From Marine group II euryarchaeote REDSEA-S42_B7 (GTDB lineage: Archaea > Thermoplasmatota > Poseidoniia > Poseidoniales > Thalassarchaeaceae): a DNA stretch of 62,079 nt. Positions 28,305-36,010 of this stretch are shown here, one piece after another (position 1 is the first letter of the stretch; every line of letters starts with the position of its first letter). The notes under the pieces are model-generated. The model was not told the origin of the DNA, did no database searches, and was given only the letters and a program-made list of their open reading frames with translations. The stretch lies in the NCBI GenBank assembly GCA_001629255.1, contig LURZ01000014.1:1-62079 (forward strand), read 5' to 3'. The position numbers were made by a program, and so were the translations under genes.

Positions 28305-28338
28305 GCAGTACGGCGGGCAGTAGTGCCCGCCGTACTGC
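28305..28338 (+). promoter_or_regulatory. perfect 15-bp stem-loop between the binding-protein and permease genes (possible attenuator or mRNA stabiliser)
   Basis: GCAGTACGGCGGGCA-gtag-TGCCCGCCGTACTGC lies 13 nt after the SBP stop. It is GC-rich and is not followed by a T-tract. Confidence 0.55.
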
Positions 28339-28372
28339 CCCAACAATTAATTTCAATCGGGCATTAGGGGCT

Positions 28373-31300
28373 TTGTACCCTATGTTCGACAGAGTGAGAA
28401 ACCTATATTCTGACCTCTCAAGAGGCAATAGAAGACTCTTAATCGCACTTCTCCTGTTTATTGATGCTAATTTTCTTGGCACTCTAAATGGATACGGAAC
28501 TCTGAATTTACTAGACCGGTTAATCGGAGATGGGTTGCCAGATGATTTGGTCTGGCTTCTACAAATACTAGAGTCAATATCTGCCGGTTTCATTGTTGTG
28601 AAGGTACTATTCGACGATATTCCTAGCGGTGCTTCAAGAACTCTAGGAATTATCCTATCACCAATTTTCATGGTAATAGTGACGTTCTTTTCTCTGGATC
28701 TACTACTGAAGGGGCAGGATTCCAGCGCCTCATTCACCCTTGACTTAGTTTCGATTTCCACTGGTACTCTCACGTGGTCATCAACATACTTGGCTATCGC
28801 TATTGGATTAACGCTGACCTACAAGGTTCAGAGATACGGTAATTTCGCCCAATCTGAATTATTCATGATTGGGATGTATCTGTCGATGATTATGATTTGG
28901 AGTGACTTTCTATTCCCTATGTCAAACCTACAGTCTTCCAAGGACGGTGTGATTACATGGTCAGTACTAATTTTCACCCTAATAGCAGCATTTGTTCTAA
29001 CCGGAACTGCTGGGATAATTATAGACAGGTTGGTTTACAAAGATTTCAGAGAGAAGAAGGCAAGCCCCCAAGTTATGATGATAGCATCTCTGGGAGTCGC
29101 TCTAATCCTACGATCTTTGACATTTCTAAGATTCGGCAACGGGAGGAACCTATTCGAGCCCGAGGGTGACTGGAGAATGCCAACTCAAAGGTGGGAACTT
29201 CCAACCACAAAGATGCGCCTGAATCTTGGAGAGAGAAGTCTAGATGAAGGACGTACATACACTCAATTTAGTTGTGAAGAAACTCTCCATGCCGAAACAG
29301 GTGAGCCTACCCTGACCAGGATAATTAGCGAGACCTCGAAACCGGCAATTGAGATATATGATACAACTGCTGATTGCATAACTCAGGCCACCACGAACTA
29401 CGCGTATCACAAAGGTGCGGTCCCATTCGTCATTTTTTCCTCCGTTCTACTACTGATGCTTCTGTTGAACAAAACCAGACTGGGAAGGAGAATGAGAGCA
29501 GTCGCTGACAATCCAGATTTGGCCGCAAGTAGTGGTATCAACGTCGAAGGAGTCCATCTAACTAGTGCCTTCCTATCCGCGGGGATTTCTGGGATGGGCG
29601 GTGCAATTTTCGCAATGACTCTTAGATTCAACCCAGAAACCGCATTTGCTCTTCTACTACCCTCATTCGCAATTATCGTTTTAGGCACGATTGGCTCTAT
29701 TCCAGGTGCGATCGTTGGCTCTTTGGTGGTAGGTTTTGTTCGCTCACTCTCCACTCCAGTATTGATTGGCGTAGGCCTTCCTCTCGGTCGCTCAAATTAT
29801 ACAGCTTTGGATGGAGTAATGCCGTACATTTTCTTAATTGCAATCCTACTGATTATGCCCCAGGGAATCGGTGAAGCATACGAGAAATGGAAAATTGAAA
29901 GACTTCGAAAAAGGAGATTAGATCCAACCAATGATTCCGATAAAACAACATTAGCTCTCGCTATACTCCCTACAGGTATCCTCGGATTGCATCATTGGAG
30001 GGCGAATAGGATGCACAAGGTCCAATCCTTCACAGCGATAGCCTTCTCAGCATACATATTTTCCAAACTCAGCCATTTTATAGGTAACAATTCTTTTGCA
30101 AAGGGGGCTTGCTCAGACGTCTGTGAATCAAACTCTTTTGCGGAAACAAACCTAGCCACAATAACTGGGAGAAACGATGGAACACTGACACTTCAAGATT
30201 CTCCGATTGACGAAACAATTCTACTAAGCCAAATTGATCCCCCAGAGGGCCTTTCTCCTTTTGAGATTGAACAATGGACAGCCGATGCCCTATCCGCAGC
30301 AAACAATTCCTGGCTCAATATGATGAATATAGAGATTGAACTGGTAAATCTGATAGTTAATCTCGGGGAATTTGTCTGGCCATTGGTCCCTCTGCTCCTT
30401 TGGGTATACGCAATTTCAGAGGTCGTACCCAATAGGAATCTTGGCTTGAGGTACAGAGCTCCGAAATTTGGAAAGTACAAAAATAAAATTTCTGCTTTAG
30501 TTTCTACTAGGTCTCACACACTCAAAGAAGAATGGACAAAATTCGATGAGGGGCATAAAAATACAATTTCCTCTTTCCAGGGAAAATTATCTGAAACCAT
30601 TTCAAAAAATAAAGAAACAATTTCTGATATTGTAAAAGGTATTCTACACAAGATTGTAGCTTTATTCCCAGGAGACCCCGAAAAGCATAGACAGGATATC
30701 GATTTGTATGGTAGGGAGAGTAAATCAGGTTCGATGCTATTCTTCCTCGCTTTGATTATTGTATTAATCCTATTCTTGATATGGCTGCCAATAGCGGAAT
30801 CCGATAATTATAGATTCAAGAAAGTCCTACAGGTATCAAACGTTCTATTGACGTTATCGATTTTTATTCTGATGTCATTCTCTTTGAACTTACACACCGG
30901 ATATACCGGAATGGTCAATTTCGGAGTTATTTTCTTTGTATCAATAGGTGCAATTTCTGTGGGCATACTAACCGCCCCTAAGGATCTCCACGGATATGAG
31001 TGGAATATTTTGCTGGCTACTTTGTTCGGGGTTATTTTAGCGGGGCTTATAGGCTGGAGTCTTGCATATCCTACCGCAAGGCTAAGGACAGACTATTTTG
31101 CAATCGTCACAATATCTCTTGGGGAAATTACGAGAGTTCTACTGGGAGGAGAGCCACTGCTGCGAGTTGGCTCTATTGGTCTCGCCATAGGAATTGCCGC
31201 CTATCCTCTGCCCCTAGAGAATTTCTGGTTTTGCGGGTCTGAAAGTGTTGGTCCGGACTCAACCTACTCAAATGCTGCGGATTGTCGTGACAGCACACTC

Positions 31301-32122
31301 TTGACTGACTCGCCGGCAAATCAGATTGGCGACCTACTAGGTCTAGGAGAACCGGCCCCATATCTCTTCTTGCTTATGTCCATGGCACTCATTTCAGTGT
31401 TTATTGTGTGGTGGCTTCTGGAAACACTGCTATCCTCTCCGTGGGGTAGAACTCTCAAGGCGATAAGAGAAGATGAAGAGGTTGCACAGCACCATGGTCA
31501 CGATATACTCACTCACAAGGCTGCAAGCCTTGCCTTAGGCGCGTCTATAGCCTCTCTGGCAGGGGCGTTTTGGGCTTGGAAGCTGACTGGATTTGAACCG
31601 TCTTTCATGGCCCCAGCAAGATCCACTTTCCTTGTCTGGGCTGCATTCATTATCGGTGGAACTTCAAACAACCGAGGAATGGTCGTCGGAGCATTCATAA
31701 TTGTACTGATGGAGTTTGTTTTCAATGTGCTAGTAGCCGGACAGGGCTCAGCAGATTTGCCCCTACACACAACAGCAGAAAGAATAGACATCTTGTTTGA
31801 GTGGCTTATCACCAGTCAATGGGATGTGGTGGGGACATTCTCTCTGGTTCTGATTGCAGGTCTAGCCCTCCGATATAGAAAGATGGTAGAGATTGGAATT
31901 TCCGGCTGTATCCTGTTCGGCTTTTCAGCAGTCGCACTAAGACAGAGATCAATCGATGAGTCATTCTTTGGTGGCGTTGTAAGTGCAGACATGCTCTATG
32001 TCAAACTTCTTCTCATCGGCTGCTTAATGCTGTTCTCGCTAAAGTATAACCCCAAAGGATTACTTCCAGAAGTTCCCACTAGGCCCGACAGGCCAATCAA
32101 AATCCGGAGTGATTCACAATGA
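28373..32122 (+). CDS. fused LivH-LivM branched-chain amino-acid ABC permease with long N-terminal extension and ~330-aa inter-domain insert
   Basis: LivH-like: AIAIGLTLTYKVQRYGNFAQSELFMIGMY and RMRAVADNPDLAASSGINV. LivM-like: LNLHTGYTGMVNFGVIFFVSIGA and PWGRTLKAIREDEEVAQHHGHDI. The start is TTG 28373 or ATG 28382. The stop overlaps the livG ATG (ATGA). Confidence 0.88.
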   Translation: MYPMFDRVRNLYSDLSRGNRRLLIALLLFIDANFLGTLNGYGTLNLLDRLIGDGLPDDLVWLLQILESISAGFIVVKVLFDDIPSGASRTLGIILSPIFMVIVTFFSLDLLLKGQDSSASFTLDLVSISTGTLTWSSTYLAIAIGLTLTYKVQRYGNFAQSELFMIGMYLSMIMIWSDFLFPMSNLQSSKDGVITWSVLIFTLIAAFVLTGTAGIIIDRLVYKDFREKKASPQVMMIASLGVALILRSLTFLRFGNGRNLFEPEGDWRMPTQRWELPTTKMRLNLGERSLDEGRTYTQFSCEETLHAETGEPTLTRIISETSKPAIEIYDTTADCITQATTNYAYHKGAVPFVIFSSVLLLMLLLNKTRLGRRMRAVADNPDLAASSGINVEGVHLTSAFLSAGISGMGGAIFAMTLRFNPETAFALLLPSFAIIVLGTIGSIPGAIVGSLVVGFVRSLSTPVLIGVGLPLGRSNYTALDGVMPYIFLIAILLIMPQGIGEAYEKWKIERLRKRRLDPTNDSDKTTLALAILPTGILGLHHWRANRMHKVQSFTAIAFSAYIFSKLSHFIGNNSFAKGACSDVCESNSFAETNLATITGRNDGTLTLQDSPIDETILLSQIDPPEGLSPFEIEQWTADALSAANNSWLNMMNIEIELVNLIVNLGEFVWPLVPLLLWVYAISEVVPNRNLGLRYRAPKFGKYKNKISALVSTRSHTLKEEWTKFDEGHKNTISSFQGKLSETISKNKETISDIVKGILHKIVALFPGDPEKHRQDIDLYGRESKSGSMLFFLALIIVLILFLIWLPIAESDNYRFKKVLQVSNVLLTLSIFILMSFSLNLHTGYTGMVNFGVIFFVSIGAISVGILTAPKDLHGYEWNILLATLFGVILAGLIGWSLAYPTARLRTDYFAIVTISLGEITRVLLGGEPLLRVGSIGLAIGIAAYPLPLENFWFCGSESVGPDSTYSNAADCRDSTLLTDSPANQIGDLLGLGEPAPYLFLLMSMALISVFIVWWLLETLLSSPWGRTLKAIREDEEVAQHHGHDILTHKAASLALGASIASLAGAFWAWKLTGFEPSFMAPARSTFLVWAAFIIGGTSNNRGMVVGAFIIVLMEFVFNVLVAGQGSADLPLHTTAERIDILFEWLITSQWDVVGTFSLVLIAGLALRYRKMVEIGISGCILFGFSAVALRQRSIDESFFGGVVSADMLYVKLLLIGCLMLFSLKYNPKGLLPEVPTRPDRPIKIRSDSQ

Positions 32123-32916
32123 GTTCGGTATTGAAAGTCGAAGGGCTGAGGAAAGAATTCGGAGGTTTGGTTGCCGTCCAGGATATTTCTTTCGATATAG
32201 GAGAAGGCGAGTTCGTCGGCTTAATCGGGCCAAACGGATGTGGCAAATCAACCACATTCAATTGCATTAGTGGACTACTGCACAAAACCGCGGGAACTGT
32301 CGAAATCTTCGGAAAGGACGTGACCGAGCACCGTCCGGATCAGATACAGAATTTAGGACTGACCAGAACATTCCAACACACAAGGCTATGGCGCCAGATG
32401 ACGGTTATCGAGAATCTTCTTGTACCGCCAAGACATCAGTTTGGCTCTAGTTTCTCAGACCGAATCAAAGCACTCTTGGCTCCAAAATTGAATCAGCAGG
32501 AGTCCGATAGATTGGAGAAAGCATACTCTGTTTTGGATCAGTTGGAGGTGCCACACATGGCTCACAACCTTACCAGTGAACTGTCAGGAGGGCAGAGCAA
32601 ACTAGTAGACATCGGTAGATCAATGATGGGCGATCCGAGACTACTTCTTTTGGACGAACCAGTGGCAGGAGTGGCAGGCCCTCTTGCTATGAAAATCTTC
32701 AATAATCTAAGAAATATTGTTGATGAAACAGGAATAAGCATTCTAATTATCGAACATAACATGGACTTCATCCTAAGACAGGGAGTGGACAGGATAATTG
32801 TGATGAATGAGGGTCGAGTATTGATGCAAGGAACCCCAGAAGAAGTTCGTAACAACAGGCAGGTTGTAGAGGCCTACCTGGGGTCAGATGGTATGTCGGG
32901 AGATGTAGAAGAGTGA
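32119..32916 (+). CDS. livG: branched-chain amino-acid ABC transporter ATP-binding protein LivG
   Basis: Walker A GLIGPNGCGKSTTFN, signature LSGGQSKLVDIGRSMM, Walker B LLLLDEPVAGV. Confidence 0.9.
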   Translation: MSSVLKVEGLRKEFGGLVAVQDISFDIGEGEFVGLIGPNGCGKSTTFNCISGLLHKTAGTVEIFGKDVTEHRPDQIQNLGLTRTFQHTRLWRQMTVIENLLVPPRHQFGSSFSDRIKALLAPKLNQQESDRLEKAYSVLDQLEVPHMAHNLTSELSGGQSKLVDIGRSMMGDPRLLLLDEPVAGVAGPLAMKIFNNLRNIVDETGISILIIEHNMDFILRQGVDRIIVMNEGRVLMQGTPEEVRNNRQVVEAYLGSDGMSGDVEE

Positions 32917-33635
32917 CTAGAGTACTGGAAGTTAGCGCTCTCGAAGGCGGCTATGGCTCTGTTCAGATTATCTACGGAATTGACATACATGTAGACGAAG
33001 GAGAATTCGTGACAATAATTGGGCCCAATGGCTGCGGCAAGTCTACATTCATCAAGACTATTTTTGGGATTGCAACATACTACAGTGGGAGCATACTCTA
33101 CAGAGGAATGGACGTATCTGGATTGAGGACGGACCAGTTAGTAAACCATGGAATAGCCTATGTTCCACAGGTGGACAACGTCTTCCCATCTCTATCGGTT
33201 TTAGAAAACCTCCAGATGGGCGGGAACTCACTATCGCCCGGAGTTCTAGCAGAGAGGATGGAGCGGTCCCTGGAGATGTTCCCTGACCTCAGGAACAGGG
33301 AGTACGATCTGGCCGCCTCACTCTCAGGCGGGGAGAGACAGATGTTAGCCATATCCAGGGCACTAATTTCGGACCCCAAGTTCCTATTGTTGGACGAGCC
33401 CACAGCTGCACTGTCCCCACTCTACCAGCAGCAGATAATCGAGAGCATCGACTCGCTTAGGGACAGAGGAATCACGATTCTGATAGTCGAGCAGAACGCC
33501 AGACTTTCCCTTGCCAGGTCCGACAGAGGATACATCATCTCCAACGGCAAGGTAGTTCACAAGGGAGATGCCCAGCACATCCTGACCGATCCGGAAATAG
33601 GGGAGTACTTCCTAGGATCAACCGAGGACCACTAG
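32913..33635 (+). CDS. livF: branched-chain amino-acid ABC transporter ATP-binding protein LivF
   Basis: Walker A IIGPNGCGKSTF, signature LSGGERQMLAISRAL, Walker B LLLDEPTAALSP. The GTG start overlaps the livG stop (GTGA). Confidence 0.9.
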   Translation: MTRVLEVSALEGGYGSVQIIYGIDIHVDEGEFVTIIGPNGCGKSTFIKTIFGIATYYSGSILYRGMDVSGLRTDQLVNHGIAYVPQVDNVFPSLSVLENLQMGGNSLSPGVLAERMERSLEMFPDLRNREYDLAASLSGGERQMLAISRALISDPKFLLLDEPTAALSPLYQQQIIESIDSLRDRGITILIVEQNARLSLARSDRGYIISNGKVVHKGDAQHILTDPEIGEYFLGSTEDH

Positions 33636-33642
33636 TTACTCA

Positions 33643-35364
33643 CTAATCCATCAGTGCCTTTGCCTGCTGTGCCCACATCATCTTCGAAACCCTCCCTGGC
33701 ATCATTCCTAGCGCACCATTCACAGCATCTGCGGTTTCCGCATCCATTCTGGAGAGTTGGTCATAGGTTCTAATGCCTAGGACCTTCAGCTTTTTCTGAG
33801 TCTCAGCATCAACTCCTTTGATCTTAGTCAGATCATCCGACTTCTTGTCTCCAGCCTTACCTATCTGGGCCCATTTTATTTGAGCAGCACTCAGGTCTGC
33901 AAAGATCTCATGGCCCCCATCTTCGATGACGCTCGAAGATGCATTGTCGACCCCCTTCAACTCGAGCATCGTTATCGCCTGCTTGGTCCAATCCATCTCA
34001 ATGACCTTCCCTGGTAACATCTCGAGCGCGTCATTCACTTTCTTGGCATTGGTTGAATCCATTCTGGACAATTGCTCGTAGGAGAACACGCCCAAAGAGT
34101 TGAGCTTCCTCTGGGTGAACTCGTCTATCCCGTTAATCAATGTCAGATCGTCAGATAAATTTCCTCCGAACTCACCAATCTTCTCCCAGTCTATTGAGGA
34201 CCTTCTCCTTCCGACTCTCTCGAGAATCAGCAACTCCCTCTTCTCATCCTCTACCTCCGAGGTGATCTCTTGTACATCTTTACCAGCGATCTCTGCTCTC
34301 AGGATTGCATCTGCCAGCTTCCTCTTTGCCGCGGCAGCTTCGACCTTTGCCTCCCTTGCCTCCTCCTCTTCCATCTCTGCGATTAATCGGGCCTCCTCGG
34401 CCTCAGCCTCCTCGACCTCGGCCTTCTTGGTTGCCTCCTCGACCTCTGCTCTGGCTTCCTCAACCTCTTGCTCAGCCTTCTGAACCGCCTCGCTCGCCTC
34501 CATCGACTGGAGCTCTCTTTCAATCTCCTCCTCTTCTTTCTCCAGAGCCAACTCATCTATCCGAGCTTCCTTCTTCGAGGCTTCCAGCTTCTCTTTCTTC
34601 TTCGCCATCCGCACTTCCAGCTTCTTCATCTCGGCCTCGAGCAGTTCGATTTCTTCCTCAGGATCGTTCTCGAACTCGAGATTAGGCTCGTCCTCAGCGA
34701 CACTCACCCCTTGCGATACTTCCTCCTGTACCTCAACCTTCTGTCCCTCATTCGGGTAGCTAACAAATCCGTCCATGAGTTCGAATACAATTTCCTGGAT
34801 AACACTCAATGAATCCTTCATCCTATGTCCGTCATCTGTCTCGTAAAGAGTGACATTATCGCAGGATTGGTCCACCTTGCGCGAATAGCTGATGGGAACG
34901 ACCTCATCGAACCTTCCATGCATTATTGCAGTGGGGTGTGCAGGAATTGGCCACGACATCTTTTCTGCGGATTCCATAAATTCCCATGGAAGAACAATGT
35001 CCAATTCGTAACCAGTGTATCGCCTTTCTCCTGTGGTTTTCCAAGCATTCCTACCCGTTTCTTCCATCCCTTCCCAGTTCTCCGCAAGTCCAAATGCAGG
35101 GGCTATCAACAGTAATCTGATGTCCTCATTAGGCCTCATTGATGAGGCGTTAGCCGCGGCTAGCCCGCCCATGGAAGAACCGACGACCAAGTCATACTCT
35201 CCTTCGTCCAAGTGCTTGATTAGAACGTCCGTCTGACTCGCGATGCTCCATCCTAGCTCAGACATCTTCGGTGCCGTAACCTTCCATCCCAAAGCCTCCC
35301 TCATGTAGGTGGGCTTGGATCCAGTTGGACTACCCTCGAATCCATGTGCGAAAAGCACTCGCAC
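33643..35364 (-). CDS. YqiA-like alpha/beta-hydrolase fused to an E/K/A coiled coil and two COG3743-like H3TH/HhH modules
   Basis: N-terminus MRVLFAHGFEGSP, GSSMGG, HGRFDEVVP, DDGHRM (Ser/Asp/His). A central ~170-aa E/A/K-rich helix follows. The modules are IDWEKIGEFGGNLSDDLTLINGIDEFTQRKLNSLGVFSYEQLSRMD...GKVIEMDWTKQA and IKWAQIGKAGDKKSDDLTKIKGVDAETQKKLKVLGIRTYDQLSRMD...GRVSKMMWAQQA. GTG start. Confidence 0.8.
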   Translation of the reverse strand: MRVLFAHGFEGSPTGSKPTYMREALGWKVTAPKMSELGWSIASQTDVLIKHLDEGEYDLVVGSSMGGLAAANASSMRPNEDIRLLLIAPAFGLAENWEGMEETGRNAWKTTGERRYTGYELDIVLPWEFMESAEKMSWPIPAHPTAIMHGRFDEVVPISYSRKVDQSCDNVTLYETDDGHRMKDSLSVIQEIVFELMDGFVSYPNEGQKVEVQEEVSQGVSVAEDEPNLEFENDPEEEIELLEAEMKKLEVRMAKKKEKLEASKKEARIDELALEKEEEEIERELQSMEASEAVQKAEQEVEEARAEVEEATKKAEVEEAEAEEARLIAEMEEEEAREAKVEAAAAKRKLADAILRAEIAGKDVQEITSEVEDEKRELLILERVGRRRSSIDWEKIGEFGGNLSDDLTLINGIDEFTQRKLNSLGVFSYEQLSRMDSTNAKKVNDALEMLPGKVIEMDWTKQAITMLELKGVDNASSSVIEDGGHEIFADLSAAQIKWAQIGKAGDKKSDDLTKIKGVDAETQKKLKVLGIRTYDQLSRMDAETADAVNGALGMMPGRVSKMMWAQQAKALMD

Positions 35365-35366
35365 GA

Positions 35367-35804
35367 CTAACCCTCCAAATCATGGAATGAGAGTCCGAAG
35401 AAGTCGCTCTCTGTCGCCTTTCTTACCATGGATGCCTCTCCCTTGTCCAATAACCTCATATGAATCTCTGCCGTAACCTCGACGGTTGCCTCGAAGAGGT
35501 GACCGCCCCTGACGACGTGATCATCATCTGAGGCTACAATGTGGATGTGTGTGAAAGCCCCATCTGGGCCGGGAGTCAGGTTGCCCTGCATCGAAAGTAA
35601 CTCCATCGGCTCCTCAATCTTCATCTTCTGGTAAATTCCGTCAGAGTCAAGGAACCCTATTTCCGTTCCTCTCACCCTCCCTATTCCGCTTGTGATTGCT
35701 GCAGTGCTAATTCCATGATTGCTCAGACTCCTAATGGCATCATGTAATCCCTCCCCCTTGTCCAGCCTCACGAATAGGTCGCGACCAAATCGTCGAAACT
35801 CCAT
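35367..35804 (-). CDS. PPC (DUF296) domain protein
   Basis: FVRLDKGEGLHDAIRSLSNHGISTAAITSGIGRVRGTEIGF...MELLSMQGNL...THIHIVASDDDHVVRGGHLFEATV fits the PPC/DUF296 pattern. It lies 2 nt upstream of the hydrolase-coiled-coil gene. Confidence 0.7.
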   Translation of the reverse strand: MEFRRFGRDLFVRLDKGEGLHDAIRSLSNHGISTAAITSGIGRVRGTEIGFLDSDGIYQKMKIEEPMELLSMQGNLTPGPDGAFTHIHIVASDDDHVVRGGHLFEATVEVTAEIHMRLLDKGEASMVRKATESDFFGLSFHDLEG

Positions 35805-35925
35805 GCTTGTCGATTAGGGTTCTAGACTTCAATATCACCGTATCTAAATCAGTCCGGAGGACTAGCTTTCTAACTTGCAGTAGAAGTGAAAAAAATCCAG
35901 AAAAGCATCCTGAAGGAGTTTCATT

Positions 35926-35947
35926 TCTCCACTGGAATTAAGGGGGT
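35926..35947 (+). promoter_or_regulatory. ORB-like (Orc1/Cdc6 origin-recognition-box-like) element upstream of mcm
   Basis: TCTCCACTGGAATTAAGGGGGT has a dyad TCCACTGGA followed by a G-string. As I recall them, archaeal ORB consensi are e.g. TCTCCACAGGAAACGGAGGGGT and TTCCAGTGGAAA...GGGGT. It lies in the longest non-coding gap of the window. A second TCC-N3-GGA dyad (TCCGGAGGA) is at 35853-35861, with an A-rich tract between them. Confidence 0.4.
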
Positions 35948-36010
35948 TGGAAAAAGCAACCATACTGTTCATAGGCCGTGTGTTCCGAGTCCCGAAGCCC
36001 GGTGACGAAT

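Noticed and set aside
34100-34812. Three overlapping plus-strand ORFs (127, 126, 114 aa) opposite the hydrolase-coiled-coil gene
   Set aside because: They are low-complexity reverse translations of the E/K/A coiled-coil region. They have no independent support.
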